In this document: positions 1 through 12,860 of the stretch, one piece after another
How positions within the stretch are numbered: position 1 is the first letter of the stretch
Layout of the letters: each line of letters starts with the position of its first letter
Assembly: GCA_951406725.2 (NCBI GenBank)
Contig: OX597817.1
Location: 175,026,001-175,090,000 of the forward strand
DNA length: 64,000 bases
Reading direction: 5' to 3'
Origin: Octopus vulgaris
Lineage: Eukaryota
Notes under the pieces: generated by a model
The model's database searches: none
Told to the model about the DNA's origin: nothing
Seen by the model: only the letters and a program-made list of their open reading frames with translations
Position numbers and translations under genes: made by a program

Positions 1-173
1 CTGAACTTCCCCCATACGTACCTGTCCTTGTCAGGTGGCTTGTCACATTATCAATTACCCTTCAGGAATTATGCCATTCCATTTTCTCTAATTAGGTCCT
101 ATAGGATGAACCATAAATAGCCTTACCATTAAGCATACAGATATATATATATATATATATAATTAAAAAAAAA

Positions 174-325
174 AGCATGTAGTTAAGAAAATGAACATAT
201 ACTCAATACACTGGCAAACAGAAAACACAGGTCACCAACTTCTCATCAGATATCAGCCAGAGGGTCAGATGCAATTTCGGCCATGTATAAATAAGGTACT
301 TTTATTATCTTAATTGGGCTATTTT

Positions 326-365
<40 letters not shown>

Positions 366-544
366 GCGTGCGCACACACACACACACCCATATATATAAG
401 TGCGCGCACACACACATACACATATATATATACGCACACAGGCACACACACACATATACATACATGTGCATACACACACACACACACACACACACACATT
501 TTTATACTTGAGCAGTTTTGGTGTGAAATACTTCTATTTATGCT
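174..544. repeat. Left copy of an inverted ~250-370 bp duplicated unit (unique ends around a CA/TA microsatellite)
   Basis: 174-326 is the reverse complement of ~1949-2102 and 499-544 of ~1849-1893; both copies end AGCAT...ATGCT. Confidence 0.85.
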
Positions 545-1004
545 AAAAAAAAATTAGAAATTCTTAGGAAGTTTATCTATCTGTAAAATCTTGGCTCCTG
601 TTATATAATCTTCTGTATATGTTACCATAGCCCTCTTCACATCAGATATGAAAATGGGTGTACTTATCAACATGACTATCCTTTGCCATATTAACCATAT
701 TCATATTCAACAGAACGATGATGCTGGTAACTAATATTAGTCATTAATTTCATTAATATTTTGACATCTGTTTTATTGTGTATATTTTGGTTTGGAATAA
801 GCTTCTTAGTATTGCCCTGTTCCTTAATTGTTACCAGTATGACTATCTAGTTGTCTCTCCCAGATAAAACCTATCTTGTGTTAACATTTTCTGATGGACT
901 CTCTTTATTCTGGCTGCTTTTCTTTTAGTAAAAGAAACCTCATACAGAAATAAAGTTGTAACAACAACAACAATAATAATGATAATAATAGTAATAAGAA
1001 GAAT

Positions 1005-1233
1005 GATTTCAAATTTTGGCACAAGGCCAGCAATTTCGGGTGTGTATGTGTGGTGGGGGGGCTAAGTCAATTACATCAACCCCAGTGCTCAGCTGGTACT
1101 TATTTTATCGACCCTTGAAAGGATGACAAGCAAAGTTACCTCAGCAGAATTTGAACTCAGAACATAAGGAGTCAGAAGAAATGCTGCCAAGCACTTTGTG
1201 TGATGTACCAAAAATTATGCTAGCTCACTGCCC
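1005..1233 (-). mobile_element. tRNA-derived SINE, family B
   Basis: Minus strand has B-box GAGTTCAAATTC and the conserved core TCATCCTTTC..GGGTCGATAAAATAAGTACCAG; homologous to 11282-11495 and the 24 kb copies. Confidence 0.8.
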
Positions 1234-1752
1234 TGTATAATGATGGTGATGATGTTGATGATGATGATGATGAGGAGGAGGAGGATGATGAGAATGAGGA
1301 TGATGATGATCCTCAACCGTTTGTTGCGTGTCATTTAATGTATTTGCACTCTGCTGCAAAGTATAATTCTGTGTCTGCTGGGTTTGGTAGGTTTCAATGT
1401 TGAGATAGGAAGTGTGGAATATTTAGCTTGATGCCGAGTGCATAAGAACTAGGATGAGCTAGGGTGGGCCTACCAGATAAATAAACGGTTGTGTTGAAAT
1501 TTAGTATAGAGGAGTTTTAACAACTTATTTTCCTGTTCTTTTACCACGCCTGATTCCTTAGCAAATTAAGGGTTGTTAGACTAAGCTGCTTTATTTACAC
1601 CCAAGCAATGAAGTAGTCATCATTTGTTAGTAGTTTTCAAGGCTGAATTAATCCTTTTCTACTCTACCTGAAATGCAGTTGGTAGGAGTGATGGTGTTAT
1701 CACTGCTCTGGAATCTCATAGAGAAGAATATTAGATCTCCACTCTTACATAT

Positions 1753-2215
1753 TGGTTTCAAATTTTGCACAAAGCCAGCACATTCGGGGGAGGGGGGGAA
1801 GTTGATTACATCGACTCCAGTTCTCAATTGACACTTTTTTTCTTTTTTAGCATAAATAGAAGTATTTCACACCAAAACTGTTCAAGTATAAAATGCGTGT
1901 GTGTATGCACATATATATATATATATGGACGTGTGTGTGTGTGTGTGTAAATTGCCCAATTAAGATAATTAAAGTACCTTATTTATACATGGCCGAAATT
2001 GCGTTTGACCCTCTGGCCGATATCTGATGAGGAGTTGGTGACCTGCGTTTTCTGTTCACCAGTGTATTGAGTATATGTTCATTTGTTTCTTAACTACATG
2101 CTTTTCATTGACCCCAAGAGGATGACTTGGTGAAATTTGAACCCAGAACATAAAGGTGGATGAAATGCTGCTGAGCATTTTGCCCAGCTTGCTAATAATT
2201 CTGCCAGCTCTCCAC
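1753..2215 (-). mobile_element. SINE family B interrupted by the inverted copy at 1849-2102
   Basis: SINE halves at 1753-1840 and 2106-2215 are colinear with the copy at 1005-1233. Confidence 0.75.
1849..2102. repeat. Right (inverted) copy of the unit at 174-544
   Basis: Direct reverse-complement match to 174-544, with a shorter internal microsatellite. Confidence 0.85.
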
Positions 2216-2274
2216 CCTGCTCTGCTCTCCACCCTGCTCTGCTCTTATATATTACCTACAGTTGTGCATTTCTC

Positions 2275-2530
2275 TTTTTTTTTGACTTGTTTCAGTCATT
2301 GGGCTGTAGTCATGCTGGGGCATCACCTTAAAAGGTATTGGTGAGCAAATTGACCCCACTACTTAATACTTAGTTTATTGAACTTTTTTGCTAAGTTATG
2401 GGGGCATAAATAAACCAACACTGGTTGTGAAGTGGTGATGGTGGAAAAACACAAACACTAAGACACACACACTCGCACACATAATGGGCTTCTTTCAGTT
2501 TCCATCTATCAAATCTACTCACAAAGCTTT
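2275..2530 (-). mobile_element. SINE family A, 3' part
   Basis: Reverse complement matches the 3' half of the full copy at 43195-43611. Confidence 0.8.
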
Positions 2531-3376
2531 GATGTTAAGTTGATTAGAAAGACAGAATACTTAAAGTAATCCTTTTGATGCTAATGATTCTGCCACCTTA
2601 ACATTGCTAATAACGAAAATATATAATTATAAAGAACTTCATTGAAATGAAATGGCTTAAAACTTAAAATGAAAACAAGACCATTAGAATTCAATTTGGT
2701 CAGTGATGCTTAATCGACTAACACTATTACTAGAATATATTGAATTGATGCAACAGTTCTATATTTAAAAAGGCTAAGTGGGAAGGATATGCAGTAGTCT
2801 TGCATAATGACATTAGTAGTTAGGATAAGGTGAAATGCCTTTCCATCCAAGAATCAAAAATTGTTTTGTGAACTCAATTTGCCATAAGCTTTATCTCTTG
2901 CAATGCAGAACCCTATTGATGATACAAATATATTGATTTCGAACCAGCTGCTGTATTGTTGTACGGTTGTTCAACATATAAATAAGTAACAAAAGTTGTC
3001 TGAAATCACTTCTTAAAAAACGGAAAGGAAACATGTTAGACAAAGTAGTTGGGCTAACTCAAGGAGAAACAGCAGAAAGCCAGGCTTTGTGCAAAAGTTA
3101 GTATAAGTGATAAAACCAATCCCTTTATGTTATTGATTATTTTTTCAAGTTGCCTTTGGGCAGGATTTGCAATAGCATTTCAGCAGTATTTGTTACCTTC
3201 TTCTGTATCAGTGCATTAATGTAGCCATGATGCATGTATTCATGCACAGACATAACTGTGTTGTTAAGAGGTTTGCTTCCAAACCATGTGGCTTTAGGTT
3301 CAGGCCCACTCTGTATCATTCAGTGATATTTAATTTGAATCATATTAAAAATTTAGTTTTCCATATTTATTAAAGA

Positions 3377-3744
3377 CTAGCACTATGACCTGGCAATGCC
3401 GGGTCATGCTGCTAGTGCATGCATATACAGCTGCATGCATGTGCACATACACACGAGTACTGTCCAAATCTCCAGCCAATCACATACGGCTAGCTGGCAT
3501 TCAATTGACGTATATCAAGTTTTGGGCATTTTGATTGGGCTTTGGATAGAAAATTCACAAAAAAGTCACTTCTATTGTTTTTTCAATGGCTTTGTGGGGT
3601 GACTGGGGAAATGTAAAGATGTGCACGACCACCTTTGGATAGTTTTGAATGACCATAGAAAGTGCGAGCCCTCTAACTGAAAAGTTGGGGATTTGTATAA
3701 AGGACACACACACAGACATTTTGCCATTTATATCTAGAGAAAGA
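3377..3744 (-). mobile_element. Non-autonomous Helitron
   Basis: Minus strand starts A|TC(TTTCTCTAGATATAAATGGC..GTCTGTGTGTG) and ends in a GC-rich hairpin then CTAG|T; architecture parallels 52151-52540. Confidence 0.75.
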
Positions 3745-3814
3745 TTTCAGTGTCTCTTTAGGGTTTAAATTATTGTTGTGGTGGTTGTTTAGGACCAGTT
3801 CAGCATTGATTATC

Positions 3815-4035
3815 CCTTTAGCATGTAAACCAGTCATATCCATCTCCAATATTCTCCTCATTTTATCATCAAAATGGCCAGATTTTGCCTCTCACACTTA
3901 CCCTAGAATGTCGTTCTAAAAATAAATAATCACATCAAAATCTCAAAGCGACAATATATTACAGGATTAATTCAAAGTAATGTTAATGAATAAGATTTAC
4001 ATTTAACAGAATAATCTGAATGTTAAAAGGTTGAA
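3815..4035. mobile_element. piggyBac-type TTAA MITE (family 1), degenerate
   Basis: CCCTTTAGCAT...ATGTTAAAAGG ends; homologous to 16626-16845 and 48596-48814. Confidence 0.6.
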
Positions 4036-4524
4036 CAGGCCTAGAATCAAAGGTGTTGTGACTGTAAACCTTCTCTCTTTCAGACATAGTGTATGCTGGA
4101 CTGCATTAGCGAATGTGACATTACTTCTACTCATTGATGTAATGTGATTGAATCAGATTTGGTTGCTGTTTCTTGCAAGTTTAAGTGACTACATGTAATG
4201 CACCTGTAGGCTTGTTCAGTATTGTTGAATTTTAAAAAGGATTTCACAACAAATATGATATAATAAAGTGTGACTTGATATTTTGAATTACAAATGTTTT
4301 GTATATTACAATAGCAAGTTGTTCAATTTTCAACAAAATATATCACTAATATGTGCATACACACACTCATACACACACACGTGTATGTTTGTATATGTAT
4401 GTATTTATATGTATGCAAGTGTGTGTATGTGTGTATATATATATGTGTGTGTGTGAGTGTGTATATGCATATGTGTATGTATGTATGTATGTATGTATAT
4501 CTATATATATACATATATATGTAG

Positions 4525-5010
4525 CATCATCATCATTGCTTAATGTCCTCTTTTCCTTGTTTGCATGGGCCAGACAGTTCATTGAGGTAGATTTTCTGTG
4601 GCTGGGTGCCCTTCCTGCCACCAACCCTCATCTTTTTCCAAGCAAAGTAATATTTTCCCATGTCTGGACATGTTTTCGCAGAATATTGGAAATTAGTGAT
4701 ACTACTCATGTATGACAGCATCACTCATTTTTTACAAGAATCACGCGATGCCAAGACAAGAACACACACACGTTCACATTCAAATACACACATATAGATA
4801 TATGTATAGATATATATATATATGTATATAACAAGCTTCTTACATGTATGTATAAGATGGACTTCATTCAGTTTCTGTCTACTAAATCTGCTCACAAGAC
4901 TGGTTGGCCTAGGGATATAGTAAAAGGCACTAAGGTGTCACATTGTGGAACTGAACTTGTAACGCTGTGATTTGGAAGGAAGGTTCTTAACTGCATAACT
5001 ATGCCTGTGC
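4525..5010 (-). mobile_element. SINE with family-A tRNA head and RTE-like (GAT)n tail
   Basis: Head homologous to 43195; tail GGAAGGGCACCCAGCC..CCCATGCAAACAAGGAAAAGAGGAC..GATGAT resembles RTE 3' end. Confidence 0.7.
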
Positions 5011-5789
5011 TTATATATGTATAAATATCTGCAGATAGATAGACAGGTAGATATGTATATGTATATATGTATATTCTTTTATGCATCTATGTATGTTTGT
5101 GTGTGTGTGTGCATATATATACATATGTATATATATGTATATATACATACACATACACACATATACATACACACACATTCACACATAGCAAAATTATTGT
5201 GCTAAATTTTATTACAAGTTTTTGGATTCAGTGATATTACATTTTAAGATATAACTGTGTAACAATGATAATATAAAAATCAAAAAAGGGGGGAAAAAAA
5301 GATTTTAATTAGGTTGGAGTTGAGGGGTACTTAGAAGTTATTAGTTATACAGTTTGTTACAGGGAGAAAATTTGTAATAAATACATATATGAGAAATATA
5401 TTGAATATATTTCTCGTGATTTAAACTATATAAAAACAGTCTACTATAGAAGAAGTAAATAAACACAACTTAATTAATCACTTAAGGCATTTTGATAAAT
5501 ATTATTATTTTTGTTATATAAAATACTATTTTCCCAGCATGGGGAATTTAAATTGTTTCTACCTATTAAAACTATACTAAAATATTAAAACTGTCAACTA
5601 TAGGAGAAATAATACAATTTATGTATTACTTAAGGCATGTATATTAATATTTAAATTTTGTTACATAAAATACTAATTTGCCAGTTTCTGTGCACACTAA
5701 TATGAGAGTATGCAAGAAATAATTGGGTAGCGTCTTTATATTGACAACCAGCTGTTCTGAGTGACTTACTGCAGTTTATGCTAATTATT

Positions 5790-5952
5790 TTTCTGTGCAA
5801 GCAGACTCTCTGCAAGCAGCAAGCAGTGTTGGATGCTTGCCTAATCGCTGGAGAAGCTGCCTTCGCTTTCCTTCCTATACATACATATATTAAACAGCAA
5901 CCGAAACAGTGTACAAGTTGTTCACTTTACGGTGTGGACCATTTATTTACAG
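5790..5952 (+). other. Candidate first/5'-UTR exon in a TE-free island
   Basis: Higher-complexity sequence ending CAG|GTTAGT followed by T-rich intron-like sequence; 5' boundary unknown; no transcript evidence. Confidence 0.25.
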
Positions 5953-8211
5953 GTTAGTTGTTTGACAATTCCATTTATCTTGTTTGTTATTTCTTTCCTT
6001 TATTTTTACGCTGGCTGCTGGTCTTAAAACACTCCTGCAATCTCGACATTAAACAAACAAAACAAAAAAAAGCAAACAAGCAAAGAAAGAAATATAAAAC
6101 AATAACATTTAGTAAATAATAGACTTTTCTTTTTTTTCCCTGAAATATCATAGGAAATACTATTTTGAAATTAATCTATGTTGAAGTTAATTTTCAAATT
6201 TAGATTTCTTTTCCTTTCAAAATATTCGATGATTTGTATGCAACTATATTAACTGTTTTCCTTTTTCTGTTAACAAAGATTTTTAAAACTGTATACTATA
6301 TCACATATATTTTTGACAATGTTTCTTTTATTTGTGTCTATTTTTTTCCCTTTTGATTTAGTAAAGATAAAAAGATTTTCCAAAGAATGAAATTTTCTCT
6401 CTGTATCTTAGTAGTTATTAAAAATGTATATTCATTTTTTTTTTATCAATGAGCAGCTTCTTTGTGTAATAAGATATGTTTAGTGGATTTTGTTTTAGTA
6501 TAGTTTCTTTAATGAATGAAACGAAACAAAAACATTTTGATAGCCTGTACCTTAGTTATTTTGTTAAAATAGGCCCTTTTTTGTCTGTGCCTTCTATCCA
6601 TTTATACAATATATCTATACATGTGCGTGTGTGTGCATGCATGTGATGGGTGGGGCTCTCATTTTTATGTAAAAAAAAAAAATCTCATTTATTTTCCATC
6701 TAAAATATAAATGGGGCCCAACATTTTTATGTCAATTCTCTAGACTACATGAGATATTTAAGTATTAAACTGTTTTATTTAGGTGTAAATATTACTTAAA
6801 TAGCCTTCTGTCACTTTTGGATTTGGATTTTTCCACCTTTCTTCTACTTCATCCATCACCACTTTTTTGTTCATTCATTTAACATACCTTGTTTTCCTTA
6901 GAGTTATTACATTGTACCTTTTTTATTGTATCTTCATTAGTGCAATAATATCAATATTCAAATATCCTTTAGATATTTGTAAATTTTAATAATATAGTCC
7001 CCTTTTTAATTAATACACTATATCTAAAGAGCTTGCAGTGGCAAAGTCATCTTATGTAAGGACAAATGAGTAACTTTTTCTATGCAATAACCCAAACTAG
7101 GCAGGGATTTCATTGAGGTTCTCTTCTTTCGCTTTTGATTGTTGTGAAACTGCAGAATTGAAGGGAACTGTGTAAGGTAGGCTATTGATAATGTTTCTAT
7201 TCATATGCATTTATACATTGCCATCATCATCTTCTCATTACCTTTTCACATGTAGCAATGAGATCTGTTGCTTCCTTCAGTAATGTTCAGAAGGCGTCTG
7301 GTTGTAGGTGTCATTTGTTGTCTGAAAATTGCATGTGTGTCAGTAAGTCTGGATTTATTCTTCATCTTTTGTAGCATCATTCATTCATCAGAAGATGCAA
7401 CTATAAAGGAAAGATCTAGAAGCCTTCAGTGAGCTGTGGAAAGTTGCCTTCATATACTAACAAGTTGTGGTCAGCATGCTTACAAGAACTCATTGTCATT
7501 AATTTAACTTTTGTTTCTCCATGTTAGCATGAATTGTACAACAGCAAATCTCCAATCACTGTTCCATTCTATAGTGTCTATCTAATGGAGAGTTGCAGAC
7601 AGCTGAGTCATTATGGCATGACTGATTTCTAATTGGCAAGTATGTATAGTTTATATTGTGTCTGCAGTACTATGCTGTGTTCCTGATTAAAATTCTTTAT
7701 AAAATCTCACTAGATCTATGATACTATAGAACCCTTGAAGTTCTCAATGTTTCATTAACTTGTGAAGTCTCACTGTTAGTTTGGAGAGGAAAGTGTTATA
7801 CTAAATGGATTTATATGAGATACATTATAGGAACAGATCCTTAATGATCCCTTGGATATATCCAGACACTCTTTTGGTGTTTTTATTGTTCAGAATATTT
7901 TTCTTGTATGAATCCTTTATATGAAATATCTTTGAAAAAAACCTTTTCAGTTAATTTTAAGCATGTACCAAAACTACAAATGTTTGTTAATTTTGGCCAC
8001 CAATAAAAGGAAAGCAATTCAAAATGTTTTTTTATTTATTATGTTGGCCTCTGATATAAATAGATCTTACTTACTTAAGCTTCAACTAAACATGGGGTAG
8101 AATAATTTACATAAACCACAAATTTACATTTCTCTTGTGATTTATATTCCTGTTGAAAATGTGTCTTTAAGTTCTTTCTATTGCTCCCCAATTTAAGTAT
8201 TATCTCTTTAA

Positions 8212-8865
8212 TCCTTTAACATTTAAACCAGCCATTTTAGGCCTGAATATTGTAACTGTTTTATGTTCAGACCTGACCAGACAGATCTCGCCTCTTACAT
8301 GTACCCTACAATGTCTTTTTAAAAATTCACAATCACATCATCAAAACCTTAAAGCTACAAGATAATGAATGTTAAATTTATAATCATCTTTTATCTTTTA
8401 CTTGTTTCAGTCATTATACTGTGGCCATGCAGGGGCACTGCCTTGAAGAATTTTTAGTTGAATGTATCAACCTCAGTACTTTTTTTTTTTGAAAGCCTGT
8501 TACTTATTCTATCAGTTTCTTTTGCTAAACTGTTCAGTTATGGGGACGTAAACACACTACTATCAGTTGTTCAGCAGTGGTGGGGACAAACACAAATACA
8601 AAGACACATACACATAGACATACATATACATATATATGACAGGCTTCTTTCAGTTTCCATCTACCAAATCCACTCACAAGGCTTTAGTCAGCTTGAGGCT
8701 ATAGTAGAGGACACTTGCCCAAGGTGTCACGCTGTGGGACTGAACCCCAAATCATGTGATTGAAAAGCAAACTTCTTACTACACAGCCATGCCTGCACCT
8801 TTGTGAATAGATAATGTGAATAAATAAGCAATTACTTTTGATGAAGTAGTTTGAATGCTGAAGGG
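8212..8865. mobile_element. TTAA MITE (family 1) with nested SINE A
   Basis: TTAA at 8208-8211 and 8866-8869; termini TCCTTTAAC...GCTGAAGGG; split by SINE at 8386-8800. Confidence 0.7.
8386..8800 (-). mobile_element. Full-length SINE family A
   Basis: A-box TGGCTGTGTAG, B-box-like GGTTCAGTCCC, TAAAAGA tail repeats on minus strand. Confidence 0.85.
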
Positions 8866-8981
8866 TTAAATGTGGGTTGGAAAATATAATTTCATTTAGT
8901 TTCCTTTCAGCCTAAACCTCAGTTTAATTTAAACCTTTAGCATTCAAACTGACCATATACAGCCTAAGTATTCTACCTATT

Positions 8982-9197
8982 TCTTTACTACCCACAAGGG
9001 GCTACACACAGAGAGGACAAACAAGGACAGACAAACGGATTAAGTCGATTATATCGACCCCAGTGCATAACTTATTTAATCGACCCCGAAAGGATGAAAG
9101 GCAAAGTCGACCTCAGCGGAATTTGAACTCAGAACGTAACGGCAGACAAAATACCGCTAAGCATTTCACCTGGTGTGTTAACGATTCTGCCAGCTTG
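8982..9197 (-). mobile_element. SINE family B (CpG-rich copy) nested in a TTAA MITE
   Basis: GAGTTCAAATTCCGC B-box and GACTTTGCCTTTCATCCTTTCGGGGTCGAT core; MITE sequence at 8930-8980 resumes at ~9198. Confidence 0.8.
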
Positions 9198-9869
9198 AGC
9201 CAGATACAACCTCTCATGCCTACCCTACAATGTCCTTCAAAAAATTATGCAATCACATCATGAATATTGTGTAAAAACCTTTCCCTGAGTCTAAGCCTAA
9301 ATATGGCCCAGGATTCTAATATGGTAATTTTTTGTTTTTTCTTTTTACTACTTTTAAGAAGACATGTTAAGGAAGAACTTTGTTTTTTTTTTATTGTAGG
9401 ATTTTCCCTCATCTGTTCATATTAAGAAATTAAACATTTCAGCATTGATTGAATTATTGTGTGTGTGTGTGTGTGGTTGTTAATACTTCACTTAAGTTTA
9501 ATTCATGTGTATCATCCTCATATACTTTAGACCTACCAACAGGTGTCGGTAATCACATTAAATGTGACTTTTAAGCTTACACTGGCACACATGCTGACTA
9601 TTATGATGATTATCCCATCGCAACACCTTGTCGTCCCATCTTCCTACTGGTTTTCCCACAGTGCTATGTATTTAGTTTGAAGTGTTTATGTTAAGAGGAT
9701 TACTTATCATCCACAATCAGGACATGTTCAGCTGCTTATTTATATAAGTTATTTCAAAGGTATTTTTGAATGGATGTTCACAGGTATAGATTAGGTGTAG
9801 CAGTTTTTACCTATATTCAGAAGCTATATCGATGTGGAAATGAAATTCAATGCACCACACAAGTCTCCT

Positions 9870-10024
9870 GTACACACACACACACACACACATATATATA
9901 TGTATATATATGTATTATATGTATATATATATGTATTATATAAATGTATTATATGTATGTATATATATGTATATATATGTATTATATGTATGTGTGTATA
10001 TATATATACATATACATACATATA

Positions 10025-10077
<53 letters not shown>

Positions 10078-10105
10078 CTGTTTGTCTATATATATATATA
10101 TATAA
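9870..10105. repeat. (CA)n/(TA)n compound microsatellite
   Basis: Direct inspection. Confidence 0.95.
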
Positions 10106-10229
10106 TTTTATTGAACCTATAATCTATAAATGAGCTCTAGTTTCATGCAAAAAAAGAAAATTAAAATTGACTGTTTAGTTAAGCTGCTCTCATTGCAAAT
10201 GTATTTATTATTGTAATGATCCTATTTCC

Positions 10230-10248
10230 ATTATCATCATTATTATTA

Positions 10249-10340
<92 letters not shown>
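10230..10340. repeat. (ATT)n(AGT)n compound trinucleotide repeat
   Basis: Direct inspection. Confidence 0.95.
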
Positions 10341-10341
<1 letters not shown>

Positions 10342-10483
10342 TCAAGGTTGTCAGCTGGCAGAATCATTAGCGCATCAAACAAAATGCTTTGCGTCATTTC
10401 TCCAAGCTCTTTATGTCCTGGGCTCAAATCCTGCTGAGGTCAATTTTACTTTTCATCCTTTTGTGGTCGATGAAATAAAGTAC

Positions 10484-10614
10484 ATCATCATCATCGTTTA
10501 ACGTCCGTTTTCCGTGCTAGCATGGGTTGGACGGTTCGACCGGGGTCTGGGAAGCCAGGAGGCTGCACCAGTCTCCAGTCTGATCTGGCAATGTTTCTAC
10601 AGCTGGATGCCCTT
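10484..10614 (-). mobile_element. RTE LINE 3' tail inserted in SINE B (10350-10700)
   Basis: Reverse complement of 18028-18155 incl. (GAT)n; SINE resumes with ACCAGTT. Confidence 0.85.
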
Positions 10615-10736
10615 ACCAGTTAAGTAATTGGGTCAAAGTAATCAACTTGCCCCCTCTACTCAAAACTGCTGGCCTTGTACCAAACTTACAAGGGTTTATT
10701 ATTATAATAATTATTATTATTATTATTATTATTATT

Positions 10737-11262
10737 CACCCACCTTTGCAAGGCAAAGCGGTTGGTGTTCCTCTGCCTAGTGGCTATGGCGAAAGAAGTC
10801 GTGTTGTGGACAAGGCTGAAAGGAATCATGGAAGATACCTTAATCTTTGGTCAAGCCCTCATCGACTTTTCAAGTTCCACTTTGAAAGAAAAGTGAGGAT
10901 GGAGAGGGAAGTGCTGCCTCTCAGTGAATTCGTGAAAAGGTGGGTGACTGTAGCAAAAATAGTTAGAATGAATAATGGCCCTACTCTAAGTTAGCACCTG
11001 TAGATAGGAGAGGAACTGTTGGGAGAGGGCTCGTGCTTTTGGTGGTCAGGGTAATCCTGGATCTGTAGGGGTTCCTTGATTGGTCTTAGCTGAAGTTTCT
11101 CCTGTATCAAGAGGACTACATTATTCATATTATCACATATTTTGTATATTATGTATACTTTTATTGCATTTTCCATTTTTCTCACCATCCTTCATGTAAA
11201 TCTCCACACAAATTGTTGACCGTCATTGTGATGTCCTCCTCTATGGCTAATAAAAGAAACTA
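10737..11262 (+). mobile_element. Probable L1/Tx1-like LINE 3' fragment in (ATT)n
   Basis: Frameshifted peptide LCLVAMAKEVVLWTRLKG / FKFHFERKVRMEREVLPLSEFVKRW resembling an ORF2 C-terminus; AATAAA near 11249; ATT repeats on both sides. Confidence 0.45.
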
Positions 11263-11281
11263 TCACTATTATTATTATTAA

Positions 11282-11495
11282 GGAGGTGAGCTGGTAGAAT
11301 CATTAGCATGCTGGGTGAAATGCTTAACAATATTTCATCCGTCTTTATGTTCTGAGTTCAAATTCTGCTACGGTCAGCTTTGCCTTTCATCCTTTTTGGG
11401 TCAATAAAATAAATACTAATTGAACACTGGGGCTGATGTATTTGACTTACCCCCTCCCTAAACTTGCTGGTCTTGTGTCAAAATTTGAAACCATT
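11282..11495 (+). mobile_element. Full-length SINE family B
   Basis: GGAGGTGAGCTGGTAGAATC head, GAGTTCAAATTC B-box, core, (ATT)n tail. Confidence 0.85.
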
Positions 11496-12089
11496 ATTAT
11501 TATTATAATAATTGTTTATTTTGATGCCAGAATGAGTTTGTTGCTCTGCAGAATTGAATATTTCTATGCTTTTCTCACTAACACCTTAAAGATAGATTCT
11601 CCATCTAAACCATATGAAAGCACCATTTCTCCAAAAAGAGAGAATATATAATAAGAATATCTAATTTTTAATATTTGTTCAGAACTATGCATTTTGATAA
11701 AAAGTATAGTTGATTACATTGACTTCATCTACCCAACCTGCAGTTACCTGGTACTTTATTTTGCCAACCTCAGAAAAATGGACAATATATATGACCACAG
11801 TGAAATAATTAAAACCTAATATGTTTAAGTGTGAAAATGTAATTCTTTTTTATGATTGTAATGCATATTCAATAACTGAAATGAAATTGCTAGCTCTTAT
11901 TGCATTATTGAAATAATTAGTAATTAAATGAATGAAAGTTTGTGAAATGCATATTTAAGTATTAACCAGGCAAATACATCTACTTAGACACAGACGAAGG
12001 GGAATAAGATTATTATTATATCCTATTAAAATTAATTATTTTGTCAGTTTTTTTCCCCTCATTTCCTTTGCATTGATTTGACATCAGGC

Positions 12090-12860
12090 ATCATTGTCAT
12101 CATCATCATCATTATTGTCGTTGTCGTCATCATCATCTTTTAACATTCACTTTTCCTTGCTTGCTTGCGTCAGACTGCATTTATTGAGGCAGACTGTCTA
12201 TGGCCAGACGCCTGTCTTCTTACAAGAGACCTCAAGAGTTTCCAAGGTCATTTTCCCCCATGACTGGACATATTTTCACTGTAGATTGGAACACTTCTGC
12301 AACATGACATCCATTGACAACTATCATGCAATAATCAAGATGAGGAGTCACAAACAGACATGCACATACACATATATAAATTTATGTACACACACATACA
12401 TATATACTTTATATATAATCATCACTTTTTAATAGTCTTTTCATGTTTCCATGGGTCAGATGGAATTTGTCGAAGCAGATTTTCCATGGTCAGCTACCCT
12501 TACTGTTGCCAACTCTCTCCTGTTTACAAGTAAGGTAATATTTTCCTAAGACCTGACATATTTTCTCGGCAGATTGGAAACGAAGGACACTGCTTGCCTG
12601 ACAGTAACACTTGCTTATAACTGTCATGTGACGTCAAGGCAAAGAGACAGTGATACAAACACACACACAGACGAACACACACAAACACACACACACATAT
12701 ATATATATAAATATATATATATATGACAGGTTTCTTTCAGTTTCTATCTACCAAATCTACCCAGGCGGCATTGGTTGGCCTGATGCTATAGTAGAAGACA
12801 ACTAACCCATGGTGGAACTGAACCTGAAACCACGTAGTTGGGAAGCAAACTTCTTGCCAC
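12090..12860 (-). mobile_element. Two adjacent SINE-A-head/RTE-tail elements
   Basis: Tail repeats at 12135-12350 and 12420-12660; head at 12725-12860. Confidence 0.6.

Noticed and set aside
1988-2040. GAAA and CTGATGA boxes as a type II hammerhead
   Set aside because: Helices I and III cannot both form between the boxes, and helix II would be only 2 bp.
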